Position numbers and translations under genes: made by a program. A stretch of DNA of 64,000 nucleotides from an uncultured Eubacteriales bacterium (GTDB lineage: Bacteria; Bacillota; JAAYKD01). This document shows positions 51,505 through 60,394 of the stretch, in pieces. Below the pieces are notes generated by a model. It worked only from the letters and a program-made list of their open reading frames with translations, searched no databases and was not told the origin of the DNA. Position 1 is the first letter of the stretch. The number at the start of each line of letters is the position of its first letter. The stretch lies in contig CAYRNW010000004.1 in the NCBI GenBank assembly GCA_964425745.1, positions 67,833-131,832 of the forward strand, read 5' to 3'.

Positions 51505-52578
51505 TTAAGGTTGCCTTGTCTTCAGAACCTCGATAATCTGATGATACACATAGGTTGATTCATCTTCTATAGGAACTAACTTATTTTCGCAAGTCCATTG
51601 AGCTATCAATAGCCCGTTTGTATCTAGTAGATAGATAATACATTTGCTTGTCGCCTTATCCTTAGAAAAGCGATTTGTGATTTCGAGGTTCATATCCTCG
51701 TACCATGTGATGTTGTGCCATCTTTTTTTTAATGTTGTTAGAGCAGTTGGGTATTCTTCTACTAGTTTCTCCCAATCCTGATACATTCTTTCTCGTGATT
51801 CTGTTAATTCTATGTCAGGTCTCTGTTCAACTAGCTCTTTCAATAACGGGAAATAGCGATATGGGAAAAACGAGTTTACAACAGGCACGACACGATAAGG
51901 CTGCACAGATAATTCATCGATTAAGCGGTAGATTGGTTCTTCATTACCCCATATTTCAAATTCAATCAATAATGTAGGTTGATCTATTGTTAGAATGACT
52001 TTTTCATGGTCAATAGGCATACTAAGCGGTAATTCTTCAACAGAGTAAGGGTTGTTTATTAGTAACTTGAAATACTCAAAATCAATACCCGGTTGAAGGT
52101 TCAACCATTGATCAACGATGATGCCCTTAGATATTCTCCATAATTTTGGGTAATAAGATTCGCCAACCCGCTTATTCTTATATACCTTTTCGAGTTCGTT
52201 ACTCTCAATTTTTCGTAATGTTATATTAGATTGTTCAAGCAAATATTCATACAAATTGTGTGCTTCATCATCATTAGGAAGGTTTTCATAGAGAATAGTT
52301 AGTGACTTATCTGAAAAGGCGTTCGAAAATTCCTTCACCATTATGTTACTTGTTCCAAATTGAAAGGAATATGTTAACAAGATGAACTCATTATCGATTT
52401 CTTTTATGGGAAAACCATCTCCCACCTTGGTACTAACGTGAGCTAGATTCGACAATTCTTCAGTTGTTAACGGCGATAAAACCATGCGTTTGATTCCAGA
52501 TAGCTCATTTTGTTTTGTTTCAACCACTTCCTGAGACGAACAACCAATGATCAACACAAATATGCCTATATATAGCAA
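51505..52578 (-). CDS. lipoprotein, distant member of family A (start codon uncertain)
   Basis: 'IIGC' lipobox. Shares 'GDGFPIKEIDNEFILLT' and C-terminal blocks with family A. An upstream in-frame AGGAGGTG RBS suggests an earlier non-ATG start. Confidence 0.4.
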   Translation of the reverse strand: MLYIGIFVLIIGCSSQEVVETKQNELSGIKRMVLSPLTTEELSNLAHVSTKVGDGFPIKEIDNEFILLTYSFQFGTSNIMVKEFSNAFSDKSLTILYENLPNDDEAHNLYEYLLEQSNITLRKIESNELEKVYKNKRVGESYYPKLWRISKGIIVDQWLNLQPGIDFEYFKLLINNPYSVEELPLSMPIDHEKVILTIDQPTLLIEFEIWGNEEPIYRLIDELSVQPYRVVPVVNSFFPYRYFPLLKELVEQRPDIELTESRERMYQDWEKLVEEYPTALTTLKKRWHNITWYEDMNLEITNRFSKDKATSKCIIYLLDTNGLLIAQWTCENKLVPIEDESTYVYHQIIEVLKTRQP

Positions 52579-52645
52579 AAGTAGTTTAATGAATTTTGAC
52601 CTTTTCGTAATCTCACCTCCTGAAGACTTGTTATAATCCGTCTTG

Positions 52646-53749
52646 TTATTTAGCTAAATCTAACGGATTTTCATATCCTTCAAATAGATTCTTGCCTTCA
52701 GGATTTACCAAAGTAATCACCCTAGCATGTTTTAAACAGCCATTCTCATCTGTGATTACCATGAAAGGATAACCAATTTCAACGAAATTCTTTTTCAAAT
52801 CACCAAGGCTGTCCTTTAAAACAGTAAAGTCATCACCTAACAATTCAATATAAGCTTTAACCTTTTCGCGCATTCCCAAATCCCATTGTTGCATTTGTGT
52901 TAGGAGTTCCTCATCTACTATAACTTGAGGGAAAGAATCCTTGAAATTTTCAATTGAGTCTGAATAGTATGAACTATCATCAATAATAATCGTCGGCTTT
53001 ACTTTCCAATCAGATTGTTTTATCCATGGTATTATATCAGAACATATTGAGCACGTCGGTGATAAAAACAAATAGCATTGTTTACCATTTGTATTAAGCT
53101 CGATTTCATGGTCTGTTTCATCAAAAAGGCTCAAAATCGGAAATTTCTCTCCCTCAATAAATGATGATTTTGTAATGCCTATGTGTTTTTTTGAGCTCAT
53201 GATTTCGTTAATCTCTGGCCAATCTTGAAATCTGATATTCGCTTTCTTATATTCTACAATTCCATCTTTAATATAGTAAATTGCAGGAAAAGAACCAATT
53301 GACCATTTATTCAACATATTATCGTCATAATAAATTATTTCTGTATCTTCCGAAAGACCATTTATTATCTGATCTAACATTGAAGAATTTTCTTCCGTCC
53401 TTGCAGGGAGCAAAGAAGTAATGTCTTTGATTTCATTCTGGTAGCATAACTGTACTATCATTGTGGTAATCAAATCCAAAGTTCCATTCAAAACCAAAAT
53501 ATAGCCTTCATTAGATTTTTCCGGATAGAGTTCCTGGGTTTTTATTTTACCATTTAGCTCTTCTAGCAGACCATCAGTAAATTTTTTACTTGTAGCAACT
53601 AAAAACTCCTTATTATCATAGCCACTTTTAACTTTAAGATCGTTAACTCTAAAATGACAGGCGCTTAGTAAAAAGCAAATCAATATCAAAATAAAAAAGG
53701 TTTTCGGTTTTTCACTTCTTCTTCTGTTTGCTCGCAACACATCAATCAC
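52646..53749 (-). CDS. family-B thioredoxin-like CxxC lipoprotein, copy 2
   Basis: 'LSAC' lipobox and a 'LFLSPTCSICSD' CxxC motif. Confidence 0.5.
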   Translation of the reverse strand: MIDVLRANRRRSEKPKTFFILILICFLLSACHFRVNDLKVKSGYDNKEFLVATSKKFTDGLLEELNGKIKTQELYPEKSNEGYILVLNGTLDLITTMIVQLCYQNEIKDITSLLPARTEENSSMLDQIINGLSEDTEIIYYDDNMLNKWSIGSFPAIYYIKDGIVEYKKANIRFQDWPEINEIMSSKKHIGITKSSFIEGEKFPILSLFDETDHEIELNTNGKQCYLFLSPTCSICSDIIPWIKQSDWKVKPTIIIDDSSYYSDSIENFKDSFPQVIVDEELLTQMQQWDLGMREKVKAYIELLGDDFTVLKDSLGDLKKNFVEIGYPFMVITDENGCLKHARVITLVNPEGKNLFEGYENPLDLAK

Positions 53750-53764
53750 CTCTAATTGCCCAAC

Positions 53765-54931
53765 TTATTTCAACTCAGTTATTGCTTGCTCCAAAATAGT
53801 CAGCATTTCATATCTGTCTTCTTGATTCCCCAAAGTCATGCGGCACTGCCAGTCTTTAACCAAGATACTTTTTGCATTGAACAGGTAGAACGAATAAAGC
53901 ATAACTCCACGGTCCTCTCCTTTCATCAACGAGTAATGCAGAATCTGTAAAGAATTCAGCCTACGTATCATTTCGTGATTTTGATCTTCATATATCTTCA
54001 ACTCGGGATATAGTTTCATTATATTGTTGATGTTACTTAGTTCAACTGATGTTTGGTTTTTCATACTTTCAATATATTTCCATTCAATTCTATCTTCAGC
54101 ATCATAAGACGATGCTAAAGCTTCTAAAAGCACAGGATAACGAGTGCGAATATCTGTTGTCTTAAGCACCAGAAATATCTGCACCTTGTTCTGAAAATAG
54201 TCTAAGAAGGTTTGTAGCAATGCATTTGAATTCTCAAATGACCAAAGAATAAGCAGAGTTGGCCGGTCTATTTGAACCAGTTCTCTCTCTTGACCTCGTG
54301 CCTGAACCAAATATAATTTTTGCAAGGGTTGTCCAACTTGAATCGGCGAAATCATGGAATCATCGTTTGTGAAGTGCTCATATATATCTGCATATTGACC
54401 GACTACATAATAAAGATATTGATTTTGGATAATACCCTTCTCTATTTGCCAAACTGCTGGATGATAGTATTTTTCAATTTCAATATAATCTTCATCAAAA
54501 CCCAAACTAATCAAACCATTTCTATCAATCTTAACAATCTCAACATTTGTTGGGAGTTGAATCTTATCAAAGAATGAATTAGAAGCAGGAGATACTAATC
54601 CGGCAATTAAGATAGTTATTGGGGCTAAATCAGATAGTTGCAAAAGTTCACGCATACATAACTCTTCATAGAGATTTGGTCCCCCTGTAGTAAGTATTAT
54701 ATACCCATCTGTTAAGCCCTTAATTGGAAACTCGCTGTTTACTACTGTGTCAATGTATTGATGCTGTTTTACTCTTTCTTCTTGCGATAAAGGTTTTAAG
54801 ACACTCCATAATTTCGGTTCCTCAATGTTCTCCTTAGGTGTCACATTTTTCATTGATTGACACCCACTGAGTAATACTATTAAGAACACTATTAGTGTGA
54901 CGAAAGCATTGTTATAGATGGAGTGCTTCAT
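53765..54931 (-). CDS. family-A lipoprotein, copy 3
   Basis: 'LLSGCQS' lipobox. C-terminus 'RMTLGNQEDRYEMLTILEQAITELK' parallels copies 1 and 2. Confidence 0.55.
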   Translation of the reverse strand: MKHSIYNNAFVTLIVFLIVLLSGCQSMKNVTPKENIEEPKLWSVLKPLSQEERVKQHQYIDTVVNSEFPIKGLTDGYIILTTGGPNLYEELCMRELLQLSDLAPITILIAGLVSPASNSFFDKIQLPTNVEIVKIDRNGLISLGFDEDYIEIEKYYHPAVWQIEKGIIQNQYLYYVVGQYADIYEHFTNDDSMISPIQVGQPLQKLYLVQARGQERELVQIDRPTLLILWSFENSNALLQTFLDYFQNKVQIFLVLKTTDIRTRYPVLLEALASSYDAEDRIEWKYIESMKNQTSVELSNINNIMKLYPELKIYEDQNHEMIRRLNSLQILHYSLMKGEDRGVMLYSFYLFNAKSILVKDWQCRMTLGNQEDRYEMLTILEQAITELK

Positions 54932-55031
54932 TTCATTATCATCTCCAATTCTCGAGAATAAGTAATTCGCTTTATGTATATAATGACTAATTTACGCACG
55001 TTAGGTTTGTATAGCCATGCTGGAGATTATA

Positions 55032-55310
55032 CTACCTACTCGGCAATTCCATACCTTTTATCCAACCACAAGGTACTGGTCTATATGTGCAGTATCTGTT
55101 TACCTCAACATAGTTTTGATAAACTACAGCTAGATCAGGAGTGTAAGGTTCATATGAGCACCACCCGCAAAGTGTACATACACAATAGGTGTTATCGGCA
55201 TTACAATCTACTACATCAGCAATGGCGCACATTGGATTGGCAAGAGCAAAAGACGAAAATAGTGTGGACAACAATCCAAACAACATTATTATAATCAAAT
55301 ATTTTTTCAT
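55032..55310 (-). CDS. Sec-signal small secreted 8-Cys protein, paralog 2
   Basis: Start at MKKYLII (RBS AAAGGAGA). Signal peptide ends ALA/NP. Cys pattern is conserved with paralog 1. Confidence 0.6.
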   Translation of the reverse strand: MKKYLIIIMLFGLLSTLFSSFALANPMCAIADVVDCNADNTYCVCTLCGWCSYEPYTPDLAVVYQNYVEVNRYCTYRPVPCGWIKGMELPSR

Positions 55311-55490
55311 TTTCTTTTCTCCTTTTATTAAATCCAGCATGGCTATCTATCAATGCTGGTGAAATACCTAAAGTTAACTCCAGCATATCAAGCGAAAAAC
55401 TTATTCACCAGGTTTTCCTCACATAAACCCAACATACTTTAGTGAGTAAGGATACTATGCTATTATACGAACTCTATATTTAACCGTTAT

Positions 55491-56543
55491 TTAGTTAAAT
55501 AAGCCGAACAATCCAGTAACGAAAAGATAAAACCCCAGGCTCAGTGTAATTGCACGAGCAAAAGTGTTAAGATATTGGTTTTTGAGCTGGCCTTGCACAA
55601 TCAGTGCGTTTTTACCAAAAAACATTAACAGAATAATCAAAACCATGGGTAATGCAAAGGCTGCGTTATATAAAACAAGGCGCCATAAATAACCTGTTGT
55701 ATCTTTCGTAGATATGTAATATATGGTTGGTAGGTAGATTTGACCTGTACAGATAAATTCAAACATTGAACTACATAAGCCGATAATAAACACGGACAGC
55801 AGCCCAATACTTCTTGCTCTCAAATTGCCAATCACTTTACCTAATTTCAGCTTGACTTTATTCCCTTTTCCCTGATTACTTCCAATAGAAGATATCACTA
55901 AGAGTAACCCCATCAAAATATAAATGAATGGTGCTGCAACACGCAGGAAGTCAAATCTCACAACTAATTGTCCTAATCCAATACCCAATAGGAAATAAAC
56001 AGATGTCACTCCGAAAACAAATACGAGCCCACATTGTAATAATCTATCTCTGTCTTTGTTGGCTATAATCGCTAACAATATCAACAACACATTGAGAGTG
56101 CATGGATTTAAGCCATCAGAAAGACCTGCCACAAAAACCCCCCATTCAGTCAAGGAGCTTACTGTTACACTATCTTTTGAGGATCCCCCCGATAGAAATG
56201 CTTTGAGGCTATCTTCATCCGAAAATCCGATTTGAGCATTATCCCCATAAAAGAATGCAGGGACTTGACCAGCCAGCGATGGCGCTTTATCGCAATCAAC
56301 CAATAATTGCATCATGAGAGATAAACTTCCGGGATCTTGAATATTATATTTTTCAACCGCAAGACCGTCTGCTTCGAGCTTTTCAACTATTGGCTCTGCC
56401 TGCTGGCAACTGCTACAGTAGGGTGAATAGAAGAAAAATAGTGTTGTTTCTTCCTTTGCATTACCCTGAGCTTTGCTAAAAATCAGTGGAGAAAAGGTGC
56501 TGCATAAAATCAAGCAAAGAAAAAATACTTTGAACCTTCTCAC
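55491..56543 (-). CDS. thioredoxin-like domain fused to a CcdA/DsbD-family thiol-disulfide membrane transporter
   Basis: N-terminal 'FFFYSPYCSSCQQ' CxxC. Membrane domain carries the CcdA hallmark 'GLNPCTLNVL' and a second Cys ('FICTGQ'). Confidence 0.7.
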   Translation of the reverse strand: MRRFKVFFLCLILCSTFSPLIFSKAQGNAKEETTLFFFYSPYCSSCQQAEPIVEKLEADGLAVEKYNIQDPGSLSLMMQLLVDCDKAPSLAGQVPAFFYGDNAQIGFSDEDSLKAFLSGGSSKDSVTVSSLTEWGVFVAGLSDGLNPCTLNVLLILLAIIANKDRDRLLQCGLVFVFGVTSVYFLLGIGLGQLVVRFDFLRVAAPFIYILMGLLLVISSIGSNQGKGNKVKLKLGKVIGNLRARSIGLLSVFIIGLCSSMFEFICTGQIYLPTIYYISTKDTTGYLWRLVLYNAAFALPMVLIILLMFFGKNALIVQGQLKNQYLNTFARAITLSLGFYLFVTGLFGLFN

Positions 56544-56619
56544 ATTCTTCCCTCCTAAACAGAAGCCAAAATAATTTTAATTCATCAAATAGCATTTGCA
56601 TAAAATCAAATCTACTATA

Positions 56620-56647
56620 ATTATATGCCTGTTCAAAATGGTTTCAA
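56620..56647 (-). promoter_or_regulatory. sigmaA-like promoter (TTGAAA, 16 nt, TATAAT) upstream of the trx-ccdA gene
   Basis: Read from the minus strand. The -35 abuts the 18-bp perfect palindrome at 56646-56687. Confidence 0.45.
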
Positions 56648-56714
56648 TAGTAAGATGTTACTAATTGAGTAGTAACATCTTACTATTTCTACACTAAACG
56701 AGTCTAACTTGGGG

Positions 56715-56912
56715 TTACTTCTTCATCTTACCCGCTATGAGCGAGGCCACATATACCACTCCGGCTAAGACAATAAGTGGAATCATGACATAAGCAGAGG
56801 TTACCTTAAAAAACACATTAACAATGAGAATGACCAAAAGGATGACAAGCACCAGTCCTGTTAGTTTTTCCTGCAAGGGCGAGAAACGGTAAGGATGTCT
56901 GGGTTCTGGCAT
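56715..56912 (-). CDS. small 2-TM membrane protein (65 aa)
   Basis: ORF between permease 3 and the trx-ccdA promoter. Supported only by hydrophobicity and position. Confidence 0.3.
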   Translation of the reverse strand: MPEPRHPYRFSPLQEKLTGLVLVILLVILIVNVFFKVTSAYVMIPLIVLAGVVYVASLIAGKMKK

Positions 56913-56931
56913 TGAAAAAACCTCCTTCTTT

Positions 56932-59601
56932 TTACATTAGGTTTGCAGGCGGAATTTTGGCAAAGCGTTGTGCCGGTTGCCAAGCCGCCAAGATACACAA
57001 GAGCATAGATACTACTATGGGGATTAAGGTAACTATATAATCTCTAGGATACACTTGCGAAAGCCCTTGATCTGCAAAAAACACACCAAAGCCGAAAATA
57101 CACCCTAGTAAAGCAGCCGGTAAGAACGGCCAAATCGATTCAATGAAGATAGCCCGGGCAATTTGGGCTTGAGTTGCCCCGAGAGAACGTTGGATCGCTA
57201 CTACACGGGCTAATTCTCTGGTGCGAATCAAGGTAAACGAGAGAACCGCAATCCCGATTTGTAAGACCTCCAACAAGATGAACATCCACACGGTATAAAG
57301 GAAGGTTTTCTGCAATTGGCGAGTTTGTTCTAAGTCATAAAGCTTTTCTTTGATCTTCAACAAGGGAACACTCGACTGATTCAACCAGTTCTGCAAGGCG
57401 GCTCTGGCGTCTTGGATTCGGTTGAAGTCCTCACTGCGAAGAATAATGAGGGGCTTTAGGACCTCCTTCCAGATGCTACTATCGTTTGCTTGGGAACTCA
57501 TAAATACTGTTGCATTGGGGTTGTCTAAATTGGGACGTTCTACATCTTCTTTGGCATCGACTACTCCTACGACTGTATAAGGTGAACCCTGGGGTTGGAA
57601 ACGTAGGGTTTGCCCCAAAGCAAGCTGTGAGGTTCCAAACAATGCTTTGGCTATTTGGTTACCTAATACCACCTCTTGCGGCCTTTGTATCCAATTACCG
57701 TGTAGCAAATTCAAACTTTGAGCGTTCAAAGTATCTCCCTGGCAAAGTGATAGGTATGCTATGTATTTCTCTTGTTCCAGCCACAGACTTGCTTGCGGCA
57801 CGGTTCCCTGCCAAGCCAAACCCTCTACATCGATACCTAAGTTTGCGATGATTTGCAAATATGCCGGAGGTAAGTGGTCTTGACCCGTATTTCTAACGCT
57901 TTCCAGCGTGACCCGGTCGAAACCGGCTTGCCGTATTTGATTGTCTACCACGTTCATATCTTTTAAGGCGGTTAAGCTACTGTAGGTGACCACAGCAATG
58001 ACCACCAAGAAAGTTGCCCAAACCAAGTCTCGGCGGAGATCGAAAATCCACCATTTCATACTCTTATCGCCCGATACTACCGCCATGGGCTCATATTTCA
58101 AAATGAAAAACAGAGGTAAGAAACTGCAAGTGGGACCCAAAAACACGGTGAGGGGGAGCATGGTGACGATGGTGTCTGGAGAAAGATACGAAATAATGCT
58201 GAACTGGCTCTGCACCAGAATTAAGAACATGTAGACTAATATCACCGATAAAACATTCGCAGGCACACTTAAGCGCAGATATTGTAGAAAGTATTCCAAC
58301 TCGATTTCGGCTTCGGTGGAGCCCAGGGAGCGTTTCATGGCGATGTTTTTTCTTTCCTGAAAGCCATGCATGGTGACAAGAGCTAACATGAGTAACAACG
58401 AAACAGCAGCCAGGTTATAACTAACTTTCTTTAAGGGAACAATGGACTCCTCAGTCATAGCAACCACACCGCGAGTGCCGCTATCGATTTGAATCGCTTT
58501 CACTTTATCTCCGTAAAGAGGGCGCAGATACTTCAGAATGGCTTCTACCGTGGTTTCGGCATGCTCCGCCGAGTCGATTCGGACAAATAAGTAGTTATAA
58601 GGTTTCTCGAAACCGTAGCCAATGTCTTTTTGCATACTATAGTCGGGGATATCGTTGTAGATTTCCCACTTTTTGAAGATGTATTCTTGTATGGATTTCG
58701 ATTCGTAGAGACCTTCACCACCTGGCCCAGTCCATGGTTCATAATCCAACAAAGGTTCTGTCCTTTGGCTGTATACTTCTTTGAATTCCTCCCACGTCAC
58801 ATAGACTGTAGGGGCACGCTTGGGCAGGCGGGCAATACGAGCTCCTAGATCTTCATCGCTGCCATAATCCAAATATGCATAATGATCATACTTGGTCAGC
58901 AAATCTTCCTCTTGCCTGTAAACCAGGCTGCCCAACACTGTTTGCGGGTATTGCTCGTTTAAGGGAATGAGTGGATCTGGTTGGAAGTTTTTCCTCTCTT
59001 CTCTAACCTGATCCGGTGTTCCGGAAAAGAAGGCTTGAAAACCATAACTGGCAAAAATTCTTTGAAAGGGTTCGCCAATTTCCCATGCGGTGCGTTGCTC
59101 TAGGGTCACACCTAAAACCGCCCAATCTTTATCGGTAAAAGTAGGTAAACGGCCTTTGTAGGTAGGATATTCGAAAACTTGGAAAAAACTCGGCTCAACA
59201 TAAGCAGCTTCTACCGTAAGCCAACGAGTCTCTGAATCTTCCTCACCAAAGGGGGATAAGTACCCCAATGGGTCCTCGAAAGCTTTCTCCGGAAAATAAG
59301 TGAATTTGGCATCGAGCGAGACCAGCGAAGCTGCTTTGACGTGCGAGATTTTCTCTACAGCTTCCCGGTCTTGGGTAGACATATACTCAATTTGGGGGGC
59401 ATCGTAATCGTAATCCCACGATACCATATAAATAATAGGGTTTTGCTGATCAAGCAAGCGGAATAGCCGCGTCTGCATGCCATCGCGTATAGCCGCGGAA
59501 AGCTGGAAGCAAAAACTAAACAAGAGGATGCTGCAAAAAAGAGCAATTAGAATCAGACGAGAAATAGGTTCCATGCGACGAAATTCCTGAATGCGTTTCA
59601 T
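56932..59601 (-). CDS. ABC transporter permease, tandem FtsX-like, copy 3 (divergent, no adjacent ATPase gene)
   Basis: About 890 aa with the same two-block architecture. ATG at MKRIQEF has RBS GAGGAGTG. The ORF-track start 59610 is a GTG a few codons upstream. Confidence 0.75.
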   Translation of the reverse strand: MKRIQEFRRMEPISRLILIALFCSILLFSFCFQLSAAIRDGMQTRLFRLLDQQNPIIYMVSWDYDYDAPQIEYMSTQDREAVEKISHVKAASLVSLDAKFTYFPEKAFEDPLGYLSPFGEEDSETRWLTVEAAYVEPSFFQVFEYPTYKGRLPTFTDKDWAVLGVTLEQRTAWEIGEPFQRIFASYGFQAFFSGTPDQVREERKNFQPDPLIPLNEQYPQTVLGSLVYRQEEDLLTKYDHYAYLDYGSDEDLGARIARLPKRAPTVYVTWEEFKEVYSQRTEPLLDYEPWTGPGGEGLYESKSIQEYIFKKWEIYNDIPDYSMQKDIGYGFEKPYNYLFVRIDSAEHAETTVEAILKYLRPLYGDKVKAIQIDSGTRGVVAMTEESIVPLKKVSYNLAAVSLLLMLALVTMHGFQERKNIAMKRSLGSTEAEIELEYFLQYLRLSVPANVLSVILVYMFLILVQSQFSIISYLSPDTIVTMLPLTVFLGPTCSFLPLFFILKYEPMAVVSGDKSMKWWIFDLRRDLVWATFLVVIAVVTYSSLTALKDMNVVDNQIRQAGFDRVTLESVRNTGQDHLPPAYLQIIANLGIDVEGLAWQGTVPQASLWLEQEKYIAYLSLCQGDTLNAQSLNLLHGNWIQRPQEVVLGNQIAKALFGTSQLALGQTLRFQPQGSPYTVVGVVDAKEDVERPNLDNPNATVFMSSQANDSSIWKEVLKPLIILRSEDFNRIQDARAALQNWLNQSSVPLLKIKEKLYDLEQTRQLQKTFLYTVWMFILLEVLQIGIAVLSFTLIRTRELARVVAIQRSLGATQAQIARAIFIESIWPFLPAALLGCIFGFGVFFADQGLSQVYPRDYIVTLIPIVVSMLLCILAAWQPAQRFAKIPPANLM

Positions 59602-59880
59602 TCTCCACACTCCTCATTCATGAAGTCTTCTAGAATCGTCGATATTTTCTATGCGATTTCCATTTTGTTTCATGTGCCTCTTTTTGATTATTTTTATCTC
59701 ATTGCATAATTCTGCATAATTTTCAAAACTCCTTCAAATGATTCTTCTTTTTTCATAATTTTATTTCGCACCGGGGTCAGACCCCGGTGCGAAATAAGGT
59801 GGGGTTTTGTGAGTTGGTTACTGAACTCAAAATGTTTATGGTGTATTCTTCATAACGATCAATACGAGGAGGACGATACC

Positions 59881-60201
59881 ATGTTTTCATTTTTGCAAAA
59901 GAGCACCGGCAAGACCATTCGCATGAACGATATTGACCCTTTGGTAGGCAAGGTAGAATTGCTAGACATCCGTGAGCCTTATGAGTACAAGGCCGGAACC
60001 TTAAAGACCGCTAAGAATGTTCCCATGAATGAACTGATGGCGAACCCAGACAAACATATGAAAAAAGGCACCACGTATTATCTATTCTGTCTGTCCGGAT
60101 CGCGGAGTCAGTTTGTATGCCGCAAACTTTCAGCCGAAGGTTATGATGTAATCAACATGCTGGGTGGCATGGGTGTTTACTGTGGAATCCATAAGGTTTA
60201 G
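59881..60201 (+). CDS. single-domain rhodanese (sulfurtransferase)
   Basis: Start at MFSFLQK (RBS GAGGAGGA). Active-site loop 'CLSGSRS'. Confidence 0.7.
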   Translation: MFSFLQKSTGKTIRMNDIDPLVGKVELLDIREPYEYKAGTLKTAKNVPMNELMANPDKHMKKGTTYYLFCLSGSRSQFVCRKLSAEGYDVINMLGGMGVYCGIHKV

Positions 60202-60214
60202 GTACATACGAGGA

Positions 60215-60249
60215 AATCCCCCGAGAGGCGCTCGGGGGATTTTGCTTTG
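60215..60249 (+). terminator. rho-independent terminator after the rhodanese gene
   Basis: Hairpin ATCCCCCGAG/CTCGGGGGAT followed by TTTGCTTTG. Confidence 0.7.
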
Positions 60250-60394
60250 TCATAAGGTAATTACAAGACCGAACCCACGAAGTTTTCATAGTATACTTTA
60301 AAAAATCTATTATACACATAAGTTTTTATAGTTAACTATAAAAAGTTGACAAATTAACAAAGTTATTATATGATATCTTCAAGGAGGCGAGATT

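Noticed and set aside
59598-59620. Tiny ORF MNEECGE upstream of permease 3
   Set aside because: At 7 codons it is too short to assess. It is probably just leader sequence containing the RBS of the permease.
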